Shown here in pieces: positions 48,670-62,426 of a stretch of 64,000 nucleotides of DNA (position 1 is the first letter of the stretch; the number at the start of each line of letters is the position of its first letter). The DNA is from the human T2T-CHM13v2.0 reference genome, Homo sapiens. Under the pieces are notes generated by a model. That model was not told the DNA's origin. It did not search any database and was given only the letters and a program-made list of their open reading frames with translations. Where the stretch lies: assembly GCF_009914755.1 (NCBI RefSeq), contig NC_060930.1; one strand, given 5' to 3'. The position numbers were made by a program, and so were the translations under genes.

Positions 48670-48950
48670 TTCATCTGCAGGCTTGTGGCAATGTTAGTTT
48701 CTCCCGTGTGTACGTGCACTGAAGAGTGGAAGTGGCTGAGTGGGCAGTTGGCAACCATTCATCGCATTGATTGCAGTCATTCATAAAACCCAGCAGCGCT
48801 GAGGGCGGAGTCAGGAGGAGCATTCCCCTGAGGCGGTTGCAGAATGTCTTATTTGCATAAATCTTCAGTGATGCTTCAGTGATGAGGGAATGCTCACATG
48901 CAGTTAGAAGACTGTCGAAGAGCCCCAATCTGATAAATCTGAGTAATTAA
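48670..48950. promoter_or_regulatory. Putative enhancer-like unique block
   Basis: Locally GC/CpG-richer non-repeat sequence with octamer ATTTGCAT (48851-48858), GC box GGGCGGAG (48803-48810), GTTGGCAAC (RFX-like) and TACGTG (48711-48716). Motif evidence only. Confidence 0.35.
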
Positions 48951-49699
48951 AGACTTTGCAAAAAATAAGAGGTCAAACTCTTTGAATTCCTAGTCCTTCA
49001 ATCCGTGGTAATTCTGGGAAGTCAGCATTGTGGCAGCTTTTGTGGTCTCCTTATGTCGGGCTGAAGGAGTGAATTACAGAGACAGACCCCTTAAAAGCTG
49101 CAACATACTGAAATATCATTGTTGTGTCTCTTAAAGTATTAGGGGTTTATATTATTATACCAAGTCTAATGCATAGGAGATAGTGGAAATTGCTGAGGTT
49201 ACACAGTTTCCATATGTTAAAACGGTCAAAACTATTAAGGTTTTATCCTTCCAAACTATGATCCAATTCAATTATAATTTTAAAGAAATGGTAATCCACA
49301 CAAGCAAACAAAAATCTTGTGATTAGAAGCCCCCGAAATTGGGTAAATGATTAGCAACCTGAAACAATTAGTTTCCTCCCTTCAAAATGCAGATTCAATA
49401 GCTAGCTACATTGCTCTATTCTTGAATATTTGTCCTGTGGCCAGGATATATCTTATTATGGAAAATGTGTTGTTTTCCTGTTATATTCAGATTAATTCTA
49501 AATATATTGCTTTTGAATATTAATGTGTTTATTTTTATTATTCAATAAAACTTTAAAATTCAAAAAATTGAATGAAGTTTTTATCAGAAAGATTCTATAA
49601 CATACATAGACAGAAACAGTATATTAACTTGAAATTTTAAACCAAAACCACTGGGACTTGAGATTAGACAAGAATTTTCTTACAAAGATAGGGCCCTTT

Positions 49700-50011
49700 T
49701 TAAATTGTTATTTTGTTTTATTTTTTTATTTGAGTTGGAGTCTAACTCTGTCGCCCAGGCTGGAGTGCAGTGGCACGATCTCAGCTCATTGCAACCTCTG
49801 CCTCCCAGTTTAAGCAGTTCTCCTGCCTCAGCCTTCTGAATAGCTGGGACTACAGGCATACCCCACACACCCGGCTAAATTTTGTATTTTTTTAGTAGAG
49901 ATGGGGTTTCACCATGTTGGCCAGTCTGGTCTCAAACTCTTGACCTCAACTGATCCACTGGCCTCAGCCTTCCGAAGTGCTGGATTACAGGCGTGAGCCA
50001 CCATGCCCAGC
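49700..50011 (-). mobile_element. AluSx-like
   Basis: Full-length Alu; TSD core AGATAGGGCC at 49686-49695 and 50012-50021. Confidence 0.95.
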
Positions 50012-50298
50012 AGATAGGGCCTTTTAGTCAGAAAAAAAAAATGTTTGCTTACAAACCTATCTTTAGTGTTGCTTAATACCTTATATTTGTTAGAAAATAG
50101 TTACTTCAGCACATATTTTTAAAAACTCTTAAGTAGTAGATTTGTTTTATTTGAAAGCTTTGTATGAATACCTAAGACTTGAGGGGAAAAAAAGAGATGA
50201 ATTAAGATTTCTCATAGATTTAATTCTTTAGAATTTTTCCAAGTTGGTGATATTCCAGATATTTTCACAAATCAGTGCATGTAGATTAAAAATGCTGC

Positions 50299-50608
<310 letters not shown>

Positions 50609-52174
50609 CTATTTTTAGTTAAGTGAGAATTGCTAAAGATTTTCGAATGCTTTGAAGTTTAACTTGCTGGACATTTTAGCTTGTGTAAGTTATATTAAAA
50701 TTTCAGAGCTCAGAAATCCTAGGACATTACACTTCCCTAGCAACTGCATTCCTGAATGTTTTGAAGGCTGATGCATGATTGGCCTTCTCCCACCACACCG
50801 GGGAAAGAACACAAGGCTTTGTGGTTTCTGTGGATGTTGTTGACTCACATCTCTTGACCAATTCATCGAAAGTTTAGCATCAACTCTTGATGAACACCAC
50901 TTTTTAAAACTTTTATGCAAAGGGAAGGTGTGTTGAGGTTTTGAAATAGCACCGTTTTCTTTTCTTGTCATGTAACATATTGATTTCGGCATCTTACTGA
51001 CCTTGTTTGGAATGAGCAGTGTGTGTGTGCACGTTTCTGTGTGTTGTGTCCATGTTTTCCTGTATTATTTCTTTCAGAAGTGGAGAAATTTGCCATGCAG
51101 CCTTAAGCTCTGGGAAAACAGTTTATCTACCACTGCCTCACCAGTGATCCACTTCTGGAATAATATGACTGGCCTTAAATATGAGCAGGGTAGTCAAATC
51201 TCCAAGAAGCCTCCATGAAAGCTCTTAAGAACCAGATTCATATTTGAAGCCTTCTGGATCCTAAGGGGCATTCTGTTTAGCAAAGACTAAGATGTGAAGT
51301 CTAAGTTTTATAACCAAGCCTTCTCTATTCAAAGCCATGTTTATTTTAAAGCTTTTGAGAAGAAGGAATATCTGGGCCATCCATGTTCATCCTCAGATGG
51401 AGGTGTTTTCTGATTTCTGCCAATAAATGTCACCAGTGCTCTGTAAGCCCTGTTTTCATGAAAGTAGGAATATCTCCTCCTGCTGCCCTTTGGAGCTTTG
51501 TTATATTGTCTACCATCTGCATTTATTTTGTGATGCATGACTTAAGGCACAAAGACATTTAATTACTTTTTTTCACATTTTGGAGGTATCTTTTCTTCTT
51601 TTACACACACACACACACTCTTTATATATGAACATTTCTTTGATCTTTTCCTCCCCTCCTAGCATGAGGAAATTTTGAACAAGGGGGATGCCTTGAGGCC
51701 TCTCAGATCTTTTTGCATAAACAGAAAGACCTGTGTGGTGATTGATGGTGTGAAAGAAAAGTCTGTATTTTTTAGTAAAATAGCAAAAGTCACAGAATAT
51801 CCTGCTCAAAATTTAACATATCAACGCAACAGCTGTTCCTATTTTTAAGCTTTCAGACATCTTCATATGGTCATGCCAAAGCTTTCAGTAGCTTTTCTGC
51901 TATGGGAAAAGCTGCTGACAATCATGTTATTGATGCTAAAAGGAAAGTCAAATACAGAGGCTAGCACAGATTTTATTCGGGTATAATTGAGCTTTTGGAA
52001 GCCTGAGTCAAAGGTTTCCAACTCCAAGGGCTTTGCTGGGGCCCCAAGGTTAATGTTGAAGGGGCTTTCAAAGACTTTCCCTTAGAGTGTTTTTCAGTAC
52101 CGTGTTTAATTTCTAGATGTGTTCTACCCTTTTTATAATTAATAGTGCGTTGTGCTGTCTATCATGCGCCCCAG

Positions 52175-52255
52175 GTGTGTTGTCAGGGACATGGCGAAGC
52201 CTGCTGCCTGCAAAACACCAAGAAATGCTGAAAACCAGCCCCACCAACCTTCACC
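52175..52255 (+). CDS. Candidate 81-nt internal (cassette) coding exon of an unidentified host gene
   Basis: ccccAG| acceptor and ACC|GTGAGTA donor; length is 27 codons. Open as xCVVRDMAKPAACKTPRNAENQPHQPSP (a second frame is also open). GC-richer than its flanks, in a repeat-free zone, with TGCATG 75 nt downstream. Confidence 0.5.
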
Positions 52256-52705
52256 GTGAGTATGGCATTGGTTTTATTGACTGAAAATGTCGTCTCTTAC
52301 ACAGATCATGGTTACAGATTTATTCACATTGCATGTGAGAGTAGATACTCTGGCTGCTCTTGTATATGTAACAAAAAGGCTACTGTTGAATTAGATAAAA
52401 TTAGCTGAGCTCTGGATTTAATATTTTTGTTAAGTGATGTTTCTAATACCATATTGAAAGGATTAAACTAGTTGAAGAAAAGGGACAGTTTTCTTAGGGC
52501 TCTAAAATGACAGCAATTCTTTTTTGTTTGTTTGATTGTTTTAGATTTGGAATGTGTATGAGCTGGAATATAACACCTCAGAGAAGTATGGAGGCAAGAT
52601 ACAGACAGGGTGCTGAGTGGGGGCCAGTGTGTTTAAGGGAAATGCATAGGTAGTCCATTATCTAACCCTCAACATATATTATTTAAAGGTAACTGACAAT
52701 TTTTA

Positions 52706-53086
<381 letters not shown>

Positions 53087-54133
53087 TTAATTAAATGACC
53101 AACAGAAAGAGTTTCATTCACATTTGAAACTCAGAGTTGACTGATTTGATTTCTTCTCTACTCCCTGCTTTACCCTTTATTTGGTCATTGAAATGCTTAT
53201 ATTTTGTATATTACATACAGTAACATATCATTTAAAATTATTTATGTTTTAGGATATGAAATGTGGTAAATTTCAGGAGGCTTAATAGGTGTTATAGGTT
53301 TTACCCCAATAAGTATACTTGAATATCATCTTCCACATTTAATCAGTATTTTCCAAGAAATAAAAATAGTTTTGAATTAGCAATAGTAAAAATGATTGAT
53401 AATTACATTTTAAAAAGTACAAACTTGGAAGAAGTACTTTAAATGATGTTGTCATTTTTCTTTTGCCTATAGATATTCTGACTGTATGTAAAGCCATTTT
53501 TGTATAATGGAACTTTTTGGATAATTCATAGAAAACTTACATCCCCAGTTTTCATCTTATATTCTAGGAATTAGAAAACATTTTATTTATTTTAGAATTC
53601 AAATTCTTTGAGGAATTAACATTGATTTTAAAATCTCTTTATATTCCACGTATCGAGGTTTCATTTTAATTGGTCTCACCTATTCCAAAGTTCATTTTAA
53701 ATTACACATTATTAGATATGAACTAGCATTTGCCATCCTCCAAAACAAGACATTAGATAATTTTTCTCTTACTTTGTTTTCACTTTCACAGTTGTAGAAA
53801 TCTGTCGTCACTTTAATTGCACCTTGTGGAAACTTCCCTGTGGCTCTTTGAGTTTAGTGGCCGAGAAGAAGCAACTATAGATTCTTTGGATCCTGCTTTT
53901 TGACAGTCTCTTTGCTCACTCAATTCTTTTCTGTTTAAAATAATGAACTTCTCTGCCAGTGACTTGAAGAATTTAAAGTTTGCTTTCATTCCTTATGATA
54001 GCTGATTCTCTGTAGAGAGTAATGTTTGTGAATGGAACTCTCCATAGCCACATAAATCCCTTTTTAGGTTAACATGGAAAGGACAAAAATAAATTGGGAG
54101 GGGGTAATTGAGGACAGGCTTTAGCTTATAGAT

Positions 54134-54333
54134 CAGTATTTTTAAATTTGTAATTTATGATTTTCAGTGGGTCTGAAAATCAATAGAGGCTAGTGACCAG
54201 ACCTCTTTTAATATTTTTTTAAAAATAAAAGATAATAGAAAATATGAGTGCCCCCCAGGTTAGTATTTTAGGACAGAACTTAGATTTCTCTATATGGTAA
54301 CTGTGTCAAAATATAAAATTTAATAAACATTGC
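54134..54333. mobile_element. hAT-Charlie MITE (MER103-like)
   Basis: cagtatttttaaa...cagtgggtctgaaaatcaatagaggctagtgaccag...aatagaaaatatgagtgc. Confidence 0.5.
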
Positions 54334-54339
54334 AGTTAT

Positions 54340-55600
54340 GAGGATTGCATTAATGGGTTTTAATTAGAGGAATGGCATAATCAGATTTGCTTTATCAGTG
54401 GATGTGTGTGTATAGATAATATGTATTATTTGCTTTGAGAGAAGTAGGGAAAATGGACTATGAATGTGAAGTGGGCAAAACTAGAGACAAGTAAATCAAT
54501 TAACAAACTATTGCAATAGGTCAGGGAAAGATAATAAGGTCTCAACTTAGAGGAAGGAGTAATAGAGGTTATGAGAAGGAGACATTTCAAGAGCTAAGTG
54601 AGAAGTAAAATGGGCAATGCTTGATTGCCAATTGAATATGGGTTTTAAGGAAAGAGTTTAGGGGGATTACCATATTAATGGCTTGGGTGACTAAGAGCCA
54701 CTACCAAGAAGTTGAATTAAAGCTGTAAACCAAATCTAGGCATAGATGGTGTATTAGCCTGTTTTCATGCTACTGATAAAGACATACCTGAGACTGGGCA
54801 TTTTACAAAATAAAGAGGTTTATTGGACTTACAGTTCCACATGGCTGGGGAGGTCTCACAATCATGCTGGAAGGTGAAAGGCACATCTCACATGGCAGCA
54901 GACAAGAGAAGAGCTTGTGCAGGGAAACTCCCCCTCATGTTATCATCAGATCTCATGAAACTTATTCACTATCATGAGAACAGCATGGGAAAGACCTGCC
55001 CTCATGATTCAATTACCTCCCACTGGGTCCCTCCGCCAATACATGGGAATTCAAGATGAGATTTGGGTTGGGAACACACCCAAACCATATCAGATGGACA
55101 GTGGTGAGTTCAGATTTTCATATAGTGATTTTGTAATACCTGTAAGTTATCCAAGCATATATATCTAACAAGAGGTTGGCTCTGTTAACCTTTAGCACTC
55201 AGTTAACTGGGGAAATAGATGACATCACCACAGGATACATAGAAAAAAAAATAAGAGCGAGCCCTAGGTAAAAGCAATGTTTAAGGAATGAGTAAAGTAT
55301 GAGGGTCCCCCAACTCAGCCAAGAAGTAGTAAAGAACCAGAAGCCAAGGTAGTAGAGGGATTCAAGGGGAATGCCCAACAGTGTTAAATGCAGCAGAAAA
55401 TCAAGAAATAAGGGATGAAAAGTGTGCTTTGGTTTTGGTCATATAGAGGCCATTGGTGGCATTTACCATAGCATTTTCAATATATAAGTGGGTGGAAATG
55501 CTGTACTTCTGTAGGCTTGAGGAGGAAATGAGAAGTCAGGAAAAGGAGAGGGTAAATGTACATGACTTTCTCTAAAAGCTCAACCGAGTAGGGAAAAAGA
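54340..55600 (-). mobile_element. LINE-2 fragment interrupted by THE1
   Basis: gaggaatggcataatcagatttgc...aactattgcaataggtcaggg...gtgagttcagatttt...caacagtgttaaatgcagcagaaaatcaag. Confidence 0.7.
54750..55092 (-). mobile_element. THE1 (A/B-like) solo LTR
   Basis: tgtattagcctgttttcatgctactgataaagacatacc...caaaccatatca, 343 bp, with a perfect 5-bp TSD GATGG (54745-54749, 55093-55097). Confidence 0.96.
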
Positions 55601-55984
55601 AAAAGAGTAGTTGGTAGAGAGACAGGAAGCAGGGTGATAGTACTCATATCACTTGGTGTATTCTATTATGCAAGTCTAGACTGATGGATACACATGTCAA
55701 TATACTTTATATTTTTGATAACTATGTACATAAACTATCCAAGTGTTCCTTTTAAGTTATTGTTAAAATGTCACTCAGTCATATTTTAAGCATGCTGCCT
55801 GAGTTGTCATCACTTAATCAAAGTAATAAATATATCAAGATATTACTGGAGTTCAATGAATTGAGTCATATGCCTGCTATTCCTTGGGTATAAGATAGAA
55901 AAATGAGATATATAAATGAGATAGAATCTTTTTCTTAAGAGTTTCTTCTCAAGTTGGGGGAGGAGAAGATCGATAATCAAATAA

Positions 55985-56396
<412 letters not shown>

Positions 56397-56551
56397 ACAG
56401 TAATATGGATTTTAAAGACTGAATAGTTTAGTAGGTATGTAAATTTAGGTACCATCTTCCAGAAGCAGAAAACAATTACCCTGAGACCCAGAACATCAGG
56501 TTGTGCTGGGGTAATTTAAACCATATACTGACTACTGGAATCTGTATGCAT

Positions 56552-57441
56552 TGTATTTTTCTTATTTGGTCTTAAGGTCTCTCTCAACAGTGGCTATAAA
56601 CTCTAGCCCTGTGTCAATGGGGCTCCGGGTGGGTGGTCATGGATGTTTACAGTGTGCCTTTCATGGAATAGTTCTTCATCTTTGTGAACGGCCTAATGCT
56701 AAAGTGACTGACCTGTGACCAAATGCCCCTCTCAAAGGAAACTTGTTCATAATGGCAGATACCCCTGTGGCTCTTAACTGACCTGTGTCCAGTTTATTCC
56801 TACCAAGATGTCAGGAGAGTTGTCCAGGAGAGCCCTGGCTAGGAGGAGAGTTAGGTTCAGGTGTGTCAGTCAAGTGAGACACAGAGGAGGCAACACAATA
56901 AAACACATGAAATAACAGAAGCAGTGTGTCACTGATAGATCCTAGCGAGAAGGGGCCGGCATACCTCCAAGGGCCAGTAGGAAGCTGGGAGCTGTCTTAG
57001 AAATACACGTGCAACTAGCTAGTGGAGAGCAAGAGAGAGAGAGTGAGGGACTCATAGGCCAGAGCCTTTACTGGTGTCCAGGCTCTTACCCACGCAGGTT
57101 TTCCTCATGGAGTTCTAATTGGTCAGTGTAGATAGAGCAAGGGGGCACTAGCTCAGTGGAGTCATGCTGTACTGAGAGGTGGTCCCTGTGGCATATCTGG
57201 GGAGGTGTTGGGGGTCAGTGGGCAAATCACATATCTTGTAACTAGCTGTCCCATGGGAAGTTGTTTCACCAGGAGGCAGTTGTATGAGGTAGATCTGGAT
57301 TGATCACCTTAAGGAACAGGGAGGAGGCAGAGAACTGGCAGCTGTGCCAATGGTGGCTAAACTCTGCTTCTGGTATGAGAACGTTCAATTTATATTTAAA
57401 ACGGATGCCAAGGTAACATAAAATTATAGGAATTCACTGCA
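56552..57441 (-). mobile_element. ERVL solo LTR (MER54/MER74-like)
   Basis: TG..CA-bounded 890-bp GC-richer block. Its reverse complement starts tgcagtgaattcctataattttatgttaccttggcatcc...ttctcataccagaagcag, as I recall for MER54-type LTRs. Confidence 0.75.
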
Positions 57442-58146
57442 GTGTGTGTGTATGTGTGTATGTGGTTTCGTGGGTGGGTGGGAATTTGTGTGTGGGCATG
57501 CGTATAGGTGTAAGTGTGTTAAAGAGGGAGAAAGATCAGAGGCAGGAAGTGCTGCATCAGAAGAATAGGACAGTTATCTAATTTGGAGAAAATAAGCAAC
57601 TCGTACCTTGGCTTTGGTTTTACTTTTAATACTGCGTTTTATTTTGAAATTTGATTTAAAATAATCTTTTTTGTGTGTTTTTCAGAGTTATCATGGATTT
57701 AAAAAGTCCGAGAAAGACTTGGCTACTCTTCAGTCTCAGGCACATATGTTAGGGGGACCAGGTAGGAGAGGCAGGAGGTAGAGAAGATTTGAGAAAATTT
57801 CATGTGTGGTATAATTAGAATATAGTGATTCATTAGATGTGATAAGAAAACAAAGGAGGCAAGATAAGTCATTTTAGCTCAAGAGATTAAATGGATATGA
57901 TAAAATCAAGAAGAGAGCTAATTTAGGCACTAAGGCAGGTTTACACACAGCATTAGATTCGAGTATTAGTAGCCAAGGAAATCTCCAATTGCAACACTCA
58001 GAAAACAGTTGGCTATTCTATTTCAAACTCAGGAGAGACTTAGAAAAGATACATTAATTTGTAAGCAATTACCTTATAACATAAACCATTAAAACAAGTG
58101 AAATAGCATTGGGAGGAGGTGTAGAGATAAAAGGAAGGAATATAAA

Positions 58147-58258
58147 CGGGTGATGGGTGCACCAGGTTCTCACAAATCTCCACCTAAAGAACTTACTCAT
58201 GTAACCCAAATACCACCTGTACCCCAATAACTTATGGAAAAATAAAATTTTTTAAAAA
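58147..58258 (+). mobile_element. L1PB-type extreme 3' end
   Basis: cgggtgatgggtgcaccagg..ctcacaaatctccac..aagaacttactcatgtaacc..ccacctgtaccccaataacttatggaaaaataaaa. Confidence 0.88.
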
Positions 58259-58456
58259 GCCAGACACCAGTGATATCGAGACATAAGTGTTATGTCATTG
58301 TTTTGCATAGACTAGGTGATAAACATCATGTTATTAAAAATTCTGTCAATATATAAACATTTCATATATACAAAAAATAAACAGTCTATAGTGGGTATAA
58401 CCAGTACTTAAACGAGGATTGGAGGACTTAAGAAAATTATGCAATGTCATGCAAAA

Positions 58457-58563
58457 ACAAACTTGTCCCGGTTTTTCTGGAACTTTCCGTATTTTAGCAC
58501 TAAAACTCCCATGTCCTGAGAACTTCTGTTAGACCTGGGCAGACTGAATGGTTGGTCACCCTA
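58457..58563 (-). mobile_element. MER81-like hAT-Blackjack MITE
   Basis: aacttgtcccggttt...ttttagcactaaaactccc...ggttggtcacccta. Confidence 0.8.
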
Positions 58564-58757
58564 GAACTAATAAAGTTAGAATTTGAAGGTGAAAATCCAG
58601 AAAGAGAATATGATAGCCAAGGAAAAACTATGCTTAGCCAAATTATGTTTGCTTTTCTGTGGAAGGTGACATTATCAGGAGTAAATTGAATCATGGTACA
58701 TGAATCAGTAAATTCTGATGTTTTGTTTTGTTTGTAGTTTTTGCTGGTGATTACCTG

Positions 58758-59970
58758 TTTTTAAAAAATTGAGATACAATGCACATACCATACAATTCAC
58801 CTTTTTACAGAGTACAATTTAGTGGTTTTCAAAAAGCTGTGCAGCCATCATCACTATGTAATTCAGGAATGTTTTCATCACCCTGAAAAAGAAATTTCAT
58901 ACCTTTTAGCTTTCATTACCCCATTCTCCTCAAAATACAGCATCTGAAACCATTACTTTCTATATTTATGAGTGTGCCTATTCTGAACATTTCCTATAAA
59001 TGGAATCATATTATATGTGTCTGTTTATATCTGGCTTTTTTCATTTAGCATAATGTTTTCTAGACTCAGAGCTTGTATCTGTACTTTATCCCTTTTATTG
59101 CCCAGTGATTGTATCGACATATCAGGTTTTGTTTATTCATCCATCAGTTAATGGACATTTGGATTGTTTCTACTTTTTGACTATATTATTAATAATATTG
59201 CTATTAGCATTTAGGTACAAGTTTTTGGGGATATGGATGTTCTCAATTCTCTTGAGTATATACCTAGGAATAAAATTGCTGGGTCATATGGTAACTGTAT
59301 GTTTAACTTTTTGAGGACCTGCTAAGCTGTATTTCAAAGTAGCTGCATTATTTTACATTCCTATCAATAAGAGAATTCCAATTTCCCTAAATTCTTGTTA
59401 ACACTTGTTATTGTCTGTCTTTTATATTATGGACATCCCAGTGGGTATAAAGTAGTGTCTTACTGTGGTTTTCATTTGTGTTTCCCTAGTGAATAATGAT
59501 ATTGATGAACTTTTCATGGGCTTATTGGCTATTTCTATATCTTCTTTGGAGAAATATCTATCAAAATATTTTCTTCCGTTTTAAGAATAAAATTGGGTTT
59601 TCTCTAAGGATGATCTTTCAAAATATGTGTTATTTGTCTTTTTTATTTTTGAGTTATAAGTGTTCTTCACATGTAATGGATAGAAGATCTTTGTCACATA
59701 AATGATTTGCAATATTGTCTCCCATTTAGTGAATAGTCTTTTAATTTTCTTGATAGTACTTTTGAAGCACAAGTTTTTAATTTTGATGAAGTCTAATTGA
59801 TCTATTTTTTCTTTGGTTATTTGTGGTTTTGGTCTTGCATCCAGGAAATCATTCTCATATCAAATGCCATTAAGATTTCCCCCTGTGTTTTCTTCTGAGA
59901 GTTTTATACTTTTAGATCTTACATTTAGGTCTTTGATTCATTTTGAGATAGTTTTTATATATGATGTATG
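58758..59970 (-). mobile_element. L1MB-type 3' portion
   Basis: aattgagatacaat...tttcctataaatggaatcata...catccatcagttaatggacatttggattgtttc...ttgctgggtcatatggtaac...acatttaggtctttgattcattttgag. Confidence 0.92.
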
Positions 59971-60579
59971 TGTTTTTATACATGTGTTTGTGTGTATACT
60001 TTTCCCATAGCAGATTAGGAAATATATATTTTTATGCTTGAAAATATGATTTCTTATTTATAATCACATCTCAGATTTATGTCTTACATCAATTAAAAGA
60101 TTAAACAAAAGTGTGAATGGGTCTTTGATATTGTGAATAGTTGGATAAAAGCTCTTGTCATTATTTCTCTATGACTTTAAGCTCTGCATACTAGACATGA
60201 TCTTCAGACTGCGTGGTCTAATGTTCACAACTCTGTGTCCTACAATAGCGGATGGCAGAAATGTCAGGGACAACACAAAAGAATGGATAATCCACTTGTA
60301 GACTGTTACCACCTCAGACACATCCCCATCATGAATATAATTTCTCTCAATGTCTGGGAAAGACCCTATAAACATTGGAAACTGGCCCACCTTTCTCTGT
60401 TTTGGGAGCTCTTGCACCCTTGCTGCTGCTGAGCCATGTGGTCTTTCCTTCACTGCTAAAACAGCTTTGGCTGAGAAGATAGCGTTAAAAGGAAGAGAAA
60501 TGAATTTCTTCAACAGGTGGAAGAGTATGCAGTAGAGGAAACAATTCACTGCTTTTATGCAATGAATTGGCCTATTTAT

Positions 60580-61260
60580 TCTCTCTTCAACAAATATTTA
60601 GTTTGTACTGTGTGCATAACATATTGCCAGGCCCTGGATATTATCATGAACAAAGCAGAGTCTTTGTCCTTGTAAAGCTTGGAGTATGGGAGGAGACAAT
60701 CTAAACAACAAACAAAAATAGATGATAAAACCCTTCTCTTTTAACAAAGGCCTAACCTGAATGCAATGAAAGAGAGCTACACTGGGAAAACTATTTAGAA
60801 AGACTGCTCAAGGAAGGCTCTAAGAGGAGGTGACATTTAAAAAGAGACTTGAAAGATAGAAATCAGCCCTGTAAAGAGCCAGGAAAAGGGAATTCCAGGC
60901 AGAAAGGATGATGGTATGTGAAATGGTCCTTATGTGGAAAACAGAGTATCATGTTTAGGGAAGTAAAGAAGGCCAGAGAAAGCAAGTGAGTAGAAAGAGG
61001 GCAATGGCTGAGACAAGCAAGGGTTCCATCCTAGAGCTCTTGTGGGTCTTTGGATTTTATCTAAGACTTATATTGAGAAACCCTTAAAGCACTTTAAAGA
61101 AGGGGGAATCATGATCCAGTGTTGCGTAGCAAACGGGTTGTAAGGAAAGAGAACTTTTAGGAGACAGTTGTGGCAGTTAAGGCAAAATATAATGGTGGTC
61201 TGGACTCTACTGGTGGCAGCTGAGATGAAGCATGTGGAATTTGGCCACATGCCAAAAGTC
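60580..61260 (-). mobile_element. LINE-2 3' portion
   Basis: ttcaacaaatattta...ccaggccctggata...gaggaggtgacattt...gaattccaggcagaaagg...tttggattttatctaa. Confidence 0.82.
61180..61226 (+). repeat. 47-bp dispersed direct repeat, copy 1
   Basis: AGGCAAAATATAATGGTGGTCTGGACTCTACTGGTGGCAGCTGAGAT; 45/47 identical to 63367-63413. Confidence 0.95.
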
Positions 61261-62392
61261 ATGAAGTTTTGAAAGCAGTGAGGGAGAACAGAGAAGAGGA
61301 ACTTCTGTGCACTAAGGGGAGGAGGCTCTAATCGTATGTCTAATCTCTAATATGCTTAAGAGGGTCACTGTTCTTTGAATGCGGAATGCATATGTACATA
61401 TTTTCTCATGAAATCCTAAGCATCCTACTATGGATGCAATTGTATCTTAAATGGTATCTATTGTTGAATACTTTAGAAATCTCACTTGTATTACTGTAGG
61501 TATACTTATATAGCACTTCAAATATTGAAGACAAAAATTATGTAAAATTGAATAAAAATTGAAAGACTGCTAGATTTTTCCACTTATTTAAACTTATTTA
61601 AAATTTTTTATTGTGATTTTTTTTACTCTGATAGTCTGTTGGGACAGAAGATTCAATAATTTTCTAGGTGTTTGGATACCCGTGAAGAAACTGATTGTTA
61701 AAATATATGCTAGATACAAATATTGCACCTTTTAAAAATATATCTCATTTACTGAGTAAAATCCAGTCAAGAAGAAAAAGAATATGTCATATGCAAAGGA
61801 TCTTTTAGTCATATATTTTATCATGAATGAAGTTATTTTTCTGAGACAGGCCTTCTCTGTACTATTTTTAGCCATGTTTATAACAAAATTGCATTGAGTC
61901 TTAATTTCTTGCTTCGTTAAAAGTTGTTTTCACATAAAATAAGAGATGTTTAATGTCACAGGCTATAGTTGTATTACCACCTGCAGTAGGGATCAATATC
62001 AATTTTCTATTGATATTAGAAAAAATGTCCAACTAGGAAAAAAAATGTTTTCGCATTTTAGAATAAAGTCAGTAGAGCCAGTAATTTGAAAATAGAGAAT
62101 TCTAGGAACACTGACATTTCCAATTCATAGTTATAATTAGGAAGTGACAGAATTTTAAAAAATTGTGTGGCTTTTATAGTCTTCATTCTTTTTATATGAT
62201 TTGCTGGCTTATGCAAATCGTTCTATGCCAATTCACAAAGTCTTACAAAGCCCCTTGTTCTGCCATAGCTATTTTAATGATAATATTGTGTTTTTCTCTT
62301 TCTGAATGCTCAGAGAAGATGGTGCCCTCTTCAATTTCTTGACTATTAAAAGCATTTAGTTCTGGAAGAGTAGAACTTAAGTAGTTCTACTA

Positions 62393-62426
62393 TGTATATG
62401 TGTGTGTGTATGTGTATGTGTATGTA
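62393..62426. repeat. Imperfect (TG)n/(TATGTG)n repeat
   Basis: tgtatatgtgtgtgtgtatgtgtatgtgtatgta. Confidence 0.85.

Noticed and set aside
57661-57770. Possible plus-strand exon 57686-57761 (tttttcAG ... CAG|GTAGGA) containing ATG GAT TTA AAA
   Set aside because: It is 76 nt (frameshifting), the ATG frame stops after 19 codons, and its 3' side runs into L2-like sequence; likely a pseudo-exon.
60169-60549. Three overlapping ORFs (up to 126 aa) in unique sequence
   Set aside because: No recognisable homology and no convincing splice sites; the lengths are within chance expectation.
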